From positions 63,821,459 to 63,862,160 of the forward strand of contig NC_068993.1 in the NCBI RefSeq assembly GCF_001194135.2: a stretch of 40,702 nt of DNA. Reading direction: 5' to 3'. The notes below the pieces were generated by a model that worked only from the letters and a program-made list of their open reading frames with translations, was not told the DNA's origin and did not search any database. The position numbers and the translations under genes are program-made. This DNA comes from Octopus bimaculoides. Its lineage: Eukaryota. Of this stretch, positions 26,241 through 38,822 are shown piece by piece; position 1 is the stretch's first letter; each line of letters begins with the position of its first letter.

Positions 26241-27010
26241 NNNNNNNNNNNNNNNNNNNNNNNNNNNNNNNNNNNNNNNNNNNNNNNNNNNNNNNNNNNN
26301 NNNNNNNNNNNNNNNNNNNNNNNNNNNNNNNNNNNNNNNNNNNNNNNNNNNNNNNNNNNNNNNNNNNNNNNNNNNNNNNNNNNNNNNNNNNNNNNNNNNN
26401 NNNNNNNNNNNNNNNNNNNNNNNNNNNNNNNNNNNNNNNNNNNNNNNNNNNNNNNNNNNNNNNNNNNNNNNNNNNNNNNNNNNNNNNNNNNNNNNNNNNN
26501 NNNNNNNNNNNNNNNNNNNNNNNNNNNNNNNNNNNNNNNNNNNNNNNNNNNNNNNNNNNNNNNNNNNNNNNNNNNNNNNNNNNNNNNNNNNNNNNNNNNN
26601 NNNNNNNNNNNNNNNNNNNNNNNNNNNNNNNNNNNNNNNNNNNNNNNNNNNNNNNNNNNNNNNNNNNNNNNNNNNNNNNNNNNNNNNNNNNNNNNNNNNN
26701 NNNNNNNNNNNNNNNNNNNNNNNNNNNNNNNNNNNNNNNNNNNNNNNNNNNNNNNNNNNNNNNNNNNNNNNNNNNNNNNNNNNNNNNNNNNNNNNNNNNN
26801 NNNNNNNNNNNNNNNNNNNNNNNNNNNNNNNNNNNNNNNNNNNNNNNNNNNNNNNNNNNNNNNNNNNNNNNNNNNNNNNNNNNNNNNNNNNNNNNNNNNN
26901 NNNNNNNNNNNNNNNNNNNNNNNNNNNNNNNNNNNNNNNNNNNNNNNNNNNNNNNNNNNNNNNNNNNNNNNNNNNNNNNNNNNNNNNNNNNNNNNNNNNN
27001 NNNNNNNNNN
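26241..27010. other. Assembly gap (largest of 11 N-runs)
   Basis: N-run. Others lie at 509-518, 760-783, 1531-1540, 16943-17068, 23750-23759, ~28152-28569, 28886-28895, 36108-36117, 38722-38731 and 39610-39682. Confidence 0.98.
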
Positions 27011-27053
<43 letters not shown>

Positions 27054-27344
27054 ACTATCTATCTTTCTCTCTCTCTCTCCTTCACTCTGTATGGTCTCAC
27101 TCCATATATCTATTTGTTTATAAGTCTAACGGAATTTCTAACTTACCGTAGTCACTCGCCTGTTTCTCTATTACTACTATGTATATCACACGAACGCCCA
27201 CACTCGCGCGCGCGCACGCACACACATGCACGCGCACACATATGTATACAGTACACATATTATGTGTGTGTGTGCATATATATATATATATATGCGCATA
27301 CATACGTACATATTGTAGTGCACCTGGGCACTACACACAAAAAT

Positions 27345-27345
27345 T

Positions 27346-27394
<49 letters not shown>

Positions 27395-27410
27395 CATTAT
27401 TATTATTATA
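27345..27410. repeat. (ATT)n microsatellite
   Basis: Direct inspection. Confidence 0.95.
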
Positions 27411-27569
27411 TGTGTGAGCGCGTGTGTGAGTATGTATGCTGGTATGTATGTATGATGTATGTATGCATTAAAAACCCAATCATGTTCAACTTTGAGATCT
27501 TTATTACGGACTGTTTATACTTTGTATTAATCCTTTATGTTTAATTTGGGACTTTAACTTTCCCTAAAT

Positions 27570-27958
27570 CCCTTAATCGGACGTTTCGAGCCTTTCACAA
27601 TCTCCTTTTCAAAATAAACTACTTTGATGGCTTGTTTGCGCGTCATGCTTTTACATGCAAAATCTTGAGAGGATCATTTTTATTACCGTTAAAATATTCA
27701 ACGCCAGATTATAAATAATATAACGTTAAATCTTTGTAAATTTCGCGATACCGTGGTATTTCTTCTTTTTTCCACATGTTTTTGTGCGTTTTATGAATTG
27801 TTGGTATTTTATTTTGGTAAGGTTTCCATGTTCTTGATAATTTTGCCAAACTGTGCATTAAATAGTCGAGGCAGCAACTGTAATTTTCTGTTCAGTTTTA
27901 TTCTGAGTGGTGCCAAAGAATTGCTATACATTCATAGCCAACTAACGTCATGTTCGCT

Positions 27959-27960
<2 letters not shown>
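27570..27960 (-). mobile_element. Possible very degenerate Penelope-like 3' end with hammerhead-like remnant
   Basis: Weak GIY-YIG-like phrases (PLRIKLN; KTCGK..; IYK) are followed by tTGAAAA-GGAG..GCTC-GAAAC-GTC, a mutated minimal PLE hammerhead core. Confidence 0.3.
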
Positions 27961-27996
<36 letters not shown>

Positions 27997-28113
27997 ATTC
28001 ACACCCATAGGATGTGTTTATGCTTGTGCGAGTGAGTGTGTATGTAATATGTGTGTATGTATGCATATAAATATATATGTACATATGTATACATGCATAT
28101 ACATATATGTGTG

Positions 28114-28145
<32 letters not shown>

Positions 28146-28777
28146 TATATANNNNNNNNNNNNNNNNNNNNNNNNNNNNNNNNNNNNNNNNNNNNNNNNN
28201 NNNNNNNNNNNNNNNNNNNNNNNNNNNNNNNNNNNNNNNNNNNNNNNNNNNNNNNNNNNNNNNNNNNNNNNNNNNNNNNNNNNNNNNNNNNNNNNNNNNN
28301 NNNNNNNNNNNNNNNNNNNNNNNNNNNNNNNNNNNNNNNNNNNNNNNNNNNNNNNNNNNNNNNNNNNNNNNNNNNNNNNNNNNNNNNNNNNNNNNNNNNN
28401 NNNNNNNNNNNNNNNNNNNNNNNNNNNNNNNNNNNNNNNNNNNNNNNNNNNNNNNNNNNNNNNNNNNNNNNNNNNNNNNNNNNNNNNNNNNNNNNNNNNN
28501 NNNNNNNNNNNNNNNNNNNNNNNNNNNNNNNNNNNNNNNNNNNNNNNNNNNNNNNNNNNNNNNNNNNNTAAGAATCACACAGACACACAGACACAGACAC
28601 ACAGACACAGACACACAGACACAGACACACACACACACACACACACACAGACACACACAGATACACACACACGCACACACACACACACACACACTTGTAT
28701 ATATTACCGTATATCACGTCATATATTTTTTCTATCTCTCTATCAGCCTATCTGTGTATGTATATATATTTTCTGAC

Positions 28778-28813
<36 letters not shown>

Positions 28814-28850
28814 ACACACACGCACACACACACACAGAAGATACTCACAC

Positions 28851-28885
<35 letters not shown>

Positions 28886-30191
28886 NNNNNNNNNNTATAT
28901 ATATATATATATATATCATATAAATAAGTATATGCGGGAGCACGTATATATCTTCAAGTTTTTGGTCCAACGAGCGTAAGAAAAGCATGAAACGCATAAC
29001 AAGAATCTCCCTCCTACTTTTCATTTCCTCTCCCCCGTGACTTGCTATTCCATCCCTCCCCCAGAATCAAATCAATGCACATTCCCAACCTATTTAGAGA
29101 TTCTCTTTTATTAAAAACAAAACCACAGGTGACCTTCCAGTTCGTATTTTCAATTGTGTTAAATAGAAAGAAATACTCAAAATGCACATTGTTTCTGTGA
29201 GATTGCGTAACATGTGAACGGGAAGAGCTAGAAAGAGGAAGATACATAGAAATGTATATACAGAGAAAGAGAGAGGGAGAGAGGAAGAGAAAAAAGAGAG
29301 AGGAAGAGAGATATTTTCACAGACCTTTGCTCTGTGCATTGCACATACTTTGCCGTCTGTTTCAGTCCATGGCTCCGTGTAGACTATGAGAGATGGGGTG
29401 GGGGTAACTCTGGAAAGGCAAAATTCATATCGTGGAAATATTGGAATATTAGTGTCGGTCACCGCTTTGATGGCATTGAGCATAAATTAATATCCACCTG
29501 AAATATTGGACACACATAAGCGAGCGCCCGCGCACACACACACGCACACATTGATTTTTCAAATGACTGAAGACAAACTCATACGCACATTTAAAGGCGA
29601 GAAAGACAGGTTAGAGAAGAGAGTGTAATTGATTTAATCGATCGTTTCAGTGCTTGTTGCTTCTCCATCACTTACCATTCTTCAACCACTTCGCCGATGA
29701 ATGGCAACAAAGTCGACCTCGATCCACAGCAAGATCTGAACGCAAAGACAGAACTAAATGCTAATATTGCATTGTTTTTACACCTGTTGCGCTGCGGGTT
29801 TTGTCATCCTCCAAATCGTTCAGGAAGAAGAAAGGAAACAGAATGAAAATTTGAATGAAAATAATGAAAATGATGAGAATGAAAATGAGAAAATTGAGAT
29901 GAAGAAGAGAAAAATTAAGACGAAAAAGAATAAAAACAGAAATAAGGAGATGAAAGAGTTGTCAGAAGACAAAATAAGATTAAGAGAATAAAAAGAGGAA
30001 TACATAGACGAGAAAGACATAAGAAGGATAAGAACAAAGAGTGAAGAGAAAGAAGGAAAAGGGAAAGAGATTAGAAAGAAAAGTACAAAGAAAAACCCAA
30101 AGAAGAAAAGACAGAAGAGGAAAACAAAGATGACAGGGGAAGAAAAAGTAGACGATGAAAATAAAGAAGAAGGAGGAGGAGAAGGCGGAAG

Positions 30192-30234
30192 GAAGAAGAA
30201 GAAGAAGAAGAAGAAGAAGAAGAAGAAGAAGAAG
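30192..30234. repeat. (GAA)n tract within a long purine-rich low-complexity region (~29830-30300)
   Basis: Direct inspection. Confidence 0.9.
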
Positions 30235-30569
30235 ACGAGAAATTACTAGAAGAAAAATATGATAAAAGGGAGACCGGTGTGGAGAATAGAAATAAAAGTA
30301 ATTTAGAAGAAGGCCAAAGAAAACGGTTCGACTAAATTTTCTCCATTTTCTCTTAGGTATTTTAGTTGAGCGACTGTTGAAGGCTGTAATGGAATCTTGA
30401 CCAGGTTTGAACGCAGAAGGCTCGGCTAGAACAAGTAGCACACTGCACTAGACTGGTCGCTTTAACGATTCTGCCAATCAACCATCCTGAAGATAATAAC
30501 AACAATAATAAAATTATAATAATGTTTTTTCTTATTAAACTTTAAAGAGTTCCTTAAAATCACGAAGGT

Positions 30570-31340
30570 CGCCACAGAATGATACAATGCCGGATTACAT
30601 GAAAGAGCGTGTAAAAAGTGAAAACAATGAATAGTTCCACAAAAGAGGACTTTTCATTGAAGAATTGGTAAAGGTGCAATCATGTCAAGTGTGTCGACTG
30701 CGATACCTTTCCCGGGTGTCTTTTGCACGTTTCTGGCTAGGCGTCCCTCTAATATCTTCTCCCTGTTATCACTGCTTTCTTACGAAACCTTAACGACGCT
30801 ACTTTAATTGCCTTTTCCAGGCGAATTGCGATCTATTGTTAACGAAACTAATTCGCTAATCCGGTTTCTGTGAGCTTGGCACACCAGGACCAAACGGTTG
30901 AGAATCCAGTAACTAGGATCCTGCATATGAAACCATTTTAGGCCGATCGTACTGATAAACGATTTTGTGCTCTGTGTAGCTGACGATTTGAAATTGTGAC
31001 CAACTTGTGCTGTTCTTATCTACTAGCCTTCAGAATACTTTATCGAGATATAGACTGGATGACCTATTTGTTCATATCCTCATTGGCACATTCAGAAAAT
31101 TCAGTCGGTAGCTGCTAGCCAGTTGAAAATACCTAAGCAGGTCTTAATCAGCTCCTTTCAGCTAAATTCAAACAGTCCCTTCAAGCATCCATAATCGCTC
31201 AAATCAGCCACGAACACTAAAGAGCGGGATTTCCTAGGAATACCCACAGATGTCTGAAGCAAAGCATGTTAAATTTTTTAAAATTAATATTCCCTCGGAA
31301 GTAATTTGGTATCGTTTTAATGATGTTTAGGTATGCAGGT
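30570..31340 (-). mobile_element. Tx1/L1-clade LINE endonuclease fragment (second copy)
   Basis: The minus strand gives SLVFVADL (LVLxGDWN), YLDKVF*R (SYLDRV), FQIVSYTEHKIV (SYTDHKLV), PSYWILN (PGYWKLN) and VNNR in the correct order. Same type as 8460-10290. Confidence 0.75.
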
Positions 31341-31949
31341 ATGCTGTTAGTTGATTTGCTGTAATCATCTTGTGTGATGTTTGTGTGTTGATAAATATCA
31401 TTCATCAGTTTTTTCGTTGTTACTTGTGTCTATGGCCATATAATTAGCGTTCTGTTTGTTTGTTATTCGCGTTGCGGTTTGCTGTTATGATTGATGGCGT
31501 GGGTCTGATAAAGTTGTGCTTGCGTTTCACGTGTAGAATTATACGTGGTGTTGCTAGCAATGGTACTGTTGTTGCTGTTGATGTTGTTGTTGGTGGTGTT
31601 GGGATGATGTGCTCCAGTCTGTGTTTTTTCAATGATACATACATATCCATCAAATGTATATCTATCTTTCTATAGGATCCTGCTTTGATATCACGAGGAC
31701 CGCCTTTCTAATGCCTTTGTCAATGTCCATCTACTTGTTCTAAGTACTGATGTCTTTTTCTCCAGTAGGACAAAATTACATGTCTTTGCAACACTCGGAA
31801 AGGAGCCACTTTTTATCGTATTTCATCTCCCGCCACTAACTGTGTTCGCCATGTCGACAGTTTCACTCTCACTTTCTGATACTCTATTTCACACGGCGTT
31901 GCCCCTGCCGCTTCCGTGATTACTGTTGCTGTTGTTATTACAGTCCTTA

Positions 31950-32182
31950 TTTATTTGTTGCCCTCAAGGGGCTACACACAGAGGAGACAAACAAGGGCGG
32001 ACAAAACGGACTAAGACGATTACATCGATCCCAGTGCGTAACTGGTACTTATTTAATCGACCCCGAAAGGATGAAAGACAAAGTCGACCTCGGCGGAATT
32101 TGAACTCAGAACGTAGCGGCAGATGAAGTACCGCCAAGTATTTCGCCCGGCGCGCTAACCACTCTGCCAGCTCCTCGCTGCC
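31950..32182 (-). mobile_element. Full-length SINE copy, tail type B
   Basis: Reverse complement: gcgaggagctggcagagtggttagcgcgccgggcgaaatacttggcggtac..ttctgagttcaaattccgccgaggtcgactttgtctttcatcctttcggggtcgattaaataagtaccag..gatgtaatcgtcttag..cttgtttgtctcctctg. Confidence 0.9.
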
Positions 32183-32703
32183 TTTTTGCAGTGATTGCAG
32201 TTGTTGTTGTTATCACTACTGATGCCGCCGTTACTGTTGCTGTTCACTGCTATGACTGTGGTGCTATGTCGTAAGAGGGTGGTTTGTCTGTACCCGTCAG
32301 TTCCATCTTCAAAATCACCTCCTCTCACTTTCCTCTGTCGCTGACCGGCCGCCAGCAGCGAAAACCGTGAAGCCATCTTGGAAATTATGTTTTGATAGAA
32401 AAATATTTTCTGTTTTTCGAAATTTTACTCCGTGAGGCAAATAACAAAAGGGAAGTGTGGCTGTTTTCGCCAAAAACAAAAACGAAAAAACAAAACAAAA
32501 CAACAACAACAACAAGAAGCTTAACAATACAAACCACTGGCAAAGTAAACAAGACGCAGATTTATAGATCTCTTAGAACACACTGAGTTTCGGCAATAAA
32601 CAGCAACAGACACCAGCGCCGACGACGACGACGAAGACGACGACGACAACAAGAATAAGAGCAGCAGCAGCGATAACAATTATAACAAGAACAATAATAA
32701 TAA

Positions 32704-32830
32704 TGGTCTCAAATTTTGCCACAAGGGCAGCGATTTTGGGGTGGGTGGGCGAGAGGATGAGTCGATTACATCGACCCCAGTGTTCAACTGGTACTTACTT
32801 TACTGAAAAAATGAAAGACAAAGTCGACCC
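32704..32830 (-). mobile_element. SINE 3' fragment, tail type A
   Basis: Plus-strand gtcgattacatcgaccccagtgttcaactggtactt...atgaaagacaaagtcgacc. Confidence 0.8.
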
Positions 32831-32869
32831 CAACAAAACTAATAATGATGGTGAAGTGTCAACGAGTAC

Positions 32870-33010
32870 ATATTTGGTTTTGGAGTAAAAGATGGGCTAC
32901 AGCAAATATTCTGTTCAGATTTGCAGGTCAGTTGCTTGACCGTAACCAACTGAGCATCTCCTTTGAGGATGACGATTTGTGAATCTTTGATCACGATCAG
33001 GAGTAGTTGG
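32870..33010. repeat. Dispersed repeat, copy 2 (diverged from 12243-12535)
   Basis: caaatattctgttcagatttgcaggtcagttgcttgaccgtaaccaactgagcatctcc...gatcacgatcaggagtag. Confidence 0.7.
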
Positions 33011-33024
33011 AAATATGGGCAGGT

Positions 33025-33297
33025 GAGATCATAGATTTTGCAATTCCTCATGATAGTAGAGTCGATACCAAAGAAATTGATAAGAATTTCAGAAATCCAA
33101 GGATCTAGCCAAAAGACTGAGAAGACTGTGTAATACTAAGACAAAAACTATTCCTGTGGTAATTGGTGCATTTGGCATAACACCTGAAATGCTACCTAAA
33201 AGACTGGAAAAAATTGGAATTGAAGCAACTCGCATTGTCAACTTGCAGAAAAATACCTATATATTCTGCAAGATTCCTAAAAATGATTCTTGAGATT
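33025..33297 (+). mobile_element. R4/Dong-like LINE restriction-like endonuclease 3' end
   Basis: IIDFAIPHDSRVDTKEI..KDLAK.LRRL..TKTKTIPVVIGAFGITPEMLPKRLEKIGIEATRIVNLQK..(Y)SARFLK. Confidence 0.75.
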
Positions 33298-33298
33298 T

Positions 33299-33440
33299 TG
33301 AGTTGAAATTTCGCCGAGGTCGACTTTGCCTTTCATCCTTTCGGGGTCGATAAAATAAGTACCAGTTGAACTCTGGGCTGGATGTAATCGACGCATCCTC
33401 TACCTCGAAACTGCTAGTCTTGAGCCAAAATTTGAAACCA
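33299..33440 (+). mobile_element. SINE 3' half, tail type A
   Basis: tgagttgaaatttcgccgaggtcgactttgcctttcatcctttcggggtcgataaaataagtaccagttgaactctgggctggatgtaatcgac...ttgagccaaaatttgaaacca. Confidence 0.85.
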
Positions 33441-33559
33441 ATATTGTAGTTTTTTCTGTTGCTACTGATTATTTTTTGATGTATTTCTAATTTTCTTCCG
33501 TGTGGCTTTCTTCTTTCATTCACACCTTCTCTGGGTGAAAGATCCAGTAGGTGGTTAGC

Positions 33560-34030
33560 AGCACCACGTACGTGGCACCTATGCCTTTTGCTCTCCATCA
33601 CTGGTGCCGTGTGTCAGGTCGATCATATAGCGCGTGGCTTCGATTTTCTGATGTTTTGTTTGGATTTAGCGACCTCGGCCTATCCTTGGTACATACTCCG
33701 TCCTGCTATAATATTTCGTCGTACTTGACTGGATGGTCACTCCAACCACTAGTTCTGTTAGTATCATATCTGATTTCTATACCATCATCAGTTGCCTCCC
33801 TATTTAAGATGGAAAGAGAATAAATACTCACCTTTTTTGTGTTCTTTTGGACTGCTTTTTACCTTGTTCTTAGACGCTATTCTCACACTCATCATGTGAT
33901 ATTGTCTGCCGTGGGTGACAAACATTTTGTCTTCACATTTGAGCTGCAGATATAGTTTCGTCTCTACATTAGTCACTTGTTCTTCATGTGCGTATTTTCA
34001 CTGACGTTAATGGGTGCGTGAGTGATTTCA
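33560..34030 (-). mobile_element. Very degenerate R4/Dong-like fragment (CCHC/REL region)
   Basis: The minus strand gives HGLYW, AAQ, TISH.(M)S.C, IL*QD (ILWD) and MID (LID) in the expected order, heavily mutated. Confidence 0.4.
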
Positions 34031-34564
34031 TCCAGTATAACCCATGTCGCTTCTTTTCTTAAAAGTCTACTGGTGTGTCTTAATTATTCCTTCTGCAGTT
34101 CTAGTTTTTCTTTGGTATTTGAAACATTAGTAAAACTGGCATTTGTTGCTGCGAATTGGTTATGCGTTTTGTTATTACTTCTGCTTCCAGTAACCATAGT
34201 GATAGTGGTGGCTGGCGGCGTTGCCAAGATTTACCTACTCTTGATTGAGCAATTAGTGATGGTATTATTTTCGTCTTTCGTCTATGTTCTAGTTGCTCTT
34301 TGTAAGGTTGTCGTCGAAATAATGATTTAAAAAAATAAAATTCTCAAAACGTGTTCTTTAAATTCTAGCTCCAAGATGCAACAAAACAAAGGAATCAACT
34401 AGCCCTCCGGTGTTTTGGCTGCCTTCGTCAAAAGTATACAACAAAAATTAACATTAACAATTCCTCAAATACGCAAATAAATAAGAAACTTATAGACCTA
34501 GTACGTCTTTCAAATACAGAAACCAATAATAAAGATGATAATGAGGGACGATGATAATAAAAAT

Positions 34565-34632
34565 TCTTTCTACTTTTGGCACAAGACCAGTCATTTTGAT
34601 GGGAAGTTGCGTAATCAATTACATCGACCCCA
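34565..34632 (-). mobile_element. SINE tail fragment, type A
   Basis: ctttctacttttggcacaagaccagtcattttg...aattacatcgacccca. Confidence 0.6.
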
Positions 34633-36724
34633 TTAAAAGAATAATAGAAAAAAAGAACAACAATGACAACAAGAACAGCAACCTTGAAAAATATTTTCAG
34701 AGATATAAACAGGACATTAAAATGTTTCAAAGTCGTTAGGGATTAAAAATCTTCCGCCCAACACGAAAAATCTTGATTTGTTTGGTAATCTTGAAATGAA
34801 TCATTTCTTAAATGGATTTCTGCAAACGCGTGCGTCCACGGCCGAGAACAATAATGACTAGCGAGATCCGTGGAAATTCCGAGCTTTTTGAATATGCTTA
34901 TTTCTATTTTGATACCGAAATTTACAGATTTTCACATCAATGTCTCATTGTGTTAAAATTTTCCACTGTTTTCGATTTCGTCCGATAGGTATGTTTGTTT
35001 AAAATTCGATTTCGACGTTATTGACTGAGATGCCTTTCCGAAGTTAAGATTGTTCCAGGCATAACATCGGAACACAGGAAAGCCAACAAATAGAATAGAT
35101 GATGTTTTCTCATATAATCACAAGACCAGATGTTTTGACGGGAGGGATTTCCGATACCGGCGCCTCTAGTACTAGGCTTGTGATTTGTTCTATCGGCTGC
35201 AAAGGGACGAAAAGCAATGTTGACCTCGGCGAGATTTGAAATTAAATTACAGCTAAAAAGGATGCTTTCTAACATGAAAATAAAGCCTCGGTTTCAACCA
35301 TATTGTACAAAATATGTGATTAGTATTTTATTTTACCACTTCCGGAAGCATGGAAGTGGTAGTCAACCATGCTCGGATTCGTTCTCAGAACGGAAAGACA
35401 AGAGAAATTTTTCAGGCATTTTATCTGCAGCTGTAGAGATTCTATCTCACGCTATCACTCTCCCCCAATGCGCCACCCCACACAACCCACTACCGCATCA
35501 CCCCCACCACTCCTCCACTGCAGCACCAAAAAACAACAACAACAACATGAGTGATGACAAGATACATAATTGCGACTCTCCAGCTTCGTAACTCGCCTGA
35601 TTTTCGATCTGACTTGACAAAGTCACTTTGGTTACAAATGTAAGAAAAATCAGAAGCCAAACATTTCTCCTCGCAAGCATTAAAATATTTTTAATACTCT
35701 GTATCGAATAACACAAGACACCATTCTATCATTGGCGCTTTGCTTTCAATTTTTTCCTCCGTTAACAATGATAATAGCAATAATGTATGTGTGGACGTGT
35801 GTGTGTGTGAGTGTATGTGTGTACGAGTGCGTGCGTGTGTGTGTGTGTTTGTCTGTACACACGCGTTTGTCCACGCGTTTTTTGCGCGCGCGTGTGTGTG
35901 TGTTTTTATACACGCATACAAACACACACACATATATCGATATACACAAATATATGCATATATATGTATATACACATATATATATATGCATACATACATC
36001 CATCCATATATATATATACATATATATGCATACATACATACATATATATATAAAGATATATATATATATATATATAAATATAAATATATATATATAAGTA
36101 TATATAANNNNNNNNNNATATATATGCATACATACATCCATCCATATATATATATACATACATATATAAATATATGTACATATATGTGTATGTATGTATG
36201 TATGTATGTATGTATGAATGTACACATGGATTCACAAGAAGACATAGAAATCCGTTATTACTTGTCCCTTTCTGTTCGATGTTGTTCTTTTGTCATTTTC
36301 TTCCCATTTTACTTTCTCATTTGTTTGCAACATTTCTTGGCGATTTTTATTCTAATCTCTAAAATATTTGCTCTCATGTTTCTAAGATTTCTTTAAGTAT
36401 CTTTTATAGATTTTACAATTTTTTTCTCCTTTTACTGTTTCTTATGCATCTTTTTTTTGTTCTTGCGGAATTATTTTTCACTTGCGTTGTTTATTTGTTT
36501 CATTATTTAATCTTTACCTGATGAGATTATATTAAGATTAATGTTGAGGTGTTGGATTGTCGCGTTTTGTCCATTTAAAAAATCTTCATGCTGAAATGGG
36601 AAAAAACCTTAACTACCGTATGTGTATGCATGGATGTCTTTATATAAATATACGAGAGTATATGCATATATACATCTATGTATGTCTAAATTCAATTAAT
36701 ACATGTATATGTGTGTGTGTACAT

Positions 36725-36920
<196 letters not shown>

Positions 36921-37030
36921 ACGTGCGAGCGTAGAGAATTTGAACATGAGACAGAAAAACAAATCAAGTGATACACATTATATACATATATAAACACACG
37001 AATACGCATATGCATATGTATATTTTTCTA

Positions 37031-37071
<41 letters not shown>

Positions 37072-38165
37072 ATGTATTTATACGCATGTAAGTGTGTGTA
37101 TTTTGATTTAGAATTTTAATGAAACATATTACAAAGTGAGTATCGTAAAAGAGAGGAAAAAAGACAGATTAAACAAGTGGCACCAACAAATAAATGTTAA
37201 ACAAATATCCTAACAGCAATGGCAACTGTTTGACAAACTGGAAGACAGTGAAATAAAGCGTTTGTGTCGCTTCTGGCCGGAAGTAAGAATAAACCTATTT
37301 GTGATGTAAGACAAGCTGTCTGGATACGACTGGCGGAAAGAATACACACACATCAGCCTGAAATACACATACAAGTAATTTAATAACGTGCTTTACGATT
37401 GGAAATCCTCTTCGTTATTTGTTTTTAATTTCAGTGTTTAGTATTTGTTGCAGAGAATTTTTTTTAAAGATAAACATTCTTCTTTATTTTGCATCGTTAA
37501 ACAAAGAATAATTCAGTTCAGTTCAGGAACAAACATAATTTTATATTTCACAGCGTGTACGTGTATGTGTGTGTATGTGTTTGTGTGTGCGTGCGTGTGT
37601 ATGTGCGCGTGTGTGTATATTTATGTACCTATATATATGTGTATGTATGCATACACACACATACATTCACACACGCATGCACGCACACACTCACATACGC
37701 ACACATTTATTGATGTATAGCAGTAGGAACAGAGTGACGGAAAGGCCGGGGGTTTCGTGCGTATGTATATATATATATATATTTCATAGTGTATAAGCAA
37801 TTTAAGTATTTATACGCGAAAGAGGTGACCTTTGACAGGACATCTTACATGCTAGAAAGGGCAGTCAAATCCCAAACCACGAATAAAGCAATTTCAAAGG
37901 GAACGAAAATGAAAAGAATATTTTTGTAGATACACTCAAACTCGAGTTAATTTGCCATCCGTACTTCGTCAGTGAGGTCGCTAAAATTAATGCATATTTA
38001 TGCAGCAAATAGCACCGAAAACACACGTGTTACATATTTATACATTATAATTTTCAAATCCACCGCGCAAGCGCAGTTACATTCGGCAGCAATTAATAAG
38101 TCAGGAAAAATGCACCTGTATATTTGTCAGGGCTAGGTATATTAAACATGTAGAGTATTATATAC

Positions 38166-38251
38166 CCATTACGGCCGATCTTACCAATTAATTTCGCGCT
38201 AGGAGTTCAACGATTATATAACCCTGCACCCTTCAGAGATAGCCATTATGG
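38166..38251 (-). ncRNA. Type I hammerhead ribozyme fold (A9 position mutated to G)
   Basis: Minus strand: CCATAATGGCT-ATCT / CTGAAGG / GTGCAGGGT..ACTCCT-A-GCGC / GAAA / TTAATTG-GTA / AGAT-C-GGCCGTAATGG. Stem I is extended (~14 bp), stem II is present, stem III is short, and the cleavage triplet is GUA. Confidence 0.7.
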
Positions 38252-38632
38252 AATGAAATCTGGTGACCGCTCTCTATTGTTGGAGGTGAACGGACACATC
38301 CAGCTTGTGGTTGCTGTAAAAAGAAAGATGAAACCAACCAAGGATTGAGTTAAGAATTAGTGCCAAAGAAAAAAAAAAAAGAAAGTCACCTCTGGGCGTA
38401 TTGCAAGTCGGCGAAAAGTGTTTATGGGAAATGTGTGTATCTTTAAGTTTGGTGATCTTGTAGAAATGAAATGTGTGTAGTGGTACTATATGGATAGCCT
38501 TTGGAGGGGAGGGGGATACACATTTGTGTTAGTTGGTGTGTTTCCTTTCTTTTATGTTTTGGTTAAATTCTTTGGGCTTTTATGTATGCATGCTGTGTGC
38601 ATGGGTGTACAATATGCATGGGGGCTTATACG

Positions 38633-38822
38633 TCTGTCAAACGGTAACGCAGGTGTCCCAAGGCGAGCTCAGCGTGGACGGAAGCTACACGTCGAGCAAA
38701 AGGGCAAACGCTCGCTCGATCNNNNNNNNNNAGCTACACGTCGAGCAAAAGGGCAAACGCTCGCTCGATCTCGATTTTCAGTACGAATACGGACCGCGAA
38801 AGCGTGGCCCATCGATCCTTTC
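38633..38822 (+). pseudogene. 28S (LSU) rRNA fragment, domain V region, ~140 nt after removing the gap duplication
   Basis: tctgtcaaacggtaacgcaggtgtcccaaggcgagctcag..gagcaaaagggcaaacgctcgctcgatctcgattttcagtacgaatacggaccgcgaaagcgtggcccatcgatcctt closely matches conserved eukaryotic 28S (CTGTCAAACGGTAACGCAGGTGTCCTAAGGCGAGCTCAG..GATTTTCAGTACGAATACAGACCGTGAAAGC). The flanks are not rDNA. Confidence 0.93.

Noticed and set aside
29366-29403. 38-nt AG/GT-bounded micro-exon candidate (PWLRVDYERWGG)
   Set aside because: Too short; the faint resemblance to the p23/CS-domain WLKVDF motif is not distinguishable from chance.
35217-35591. 124-aa ORF with P/H/N-rich end
   Set aside because: It starts in a SINE remnant and its composition follows C-rich and (AAC)n low-complexity DNA; no domain is recognisable.
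38683-38770. 39-bp direct repeat inside the 28S fragment
   Set aside because: The identical copies flank a 10-N gap exactly, which indicates an unmerged contig overlap rather than a biological duplication.
38633-38822. Functional rDNA unit
   Set aside because: Only ~140 nt of 28S is present and the flanks are not rRNA or spacer sequence.
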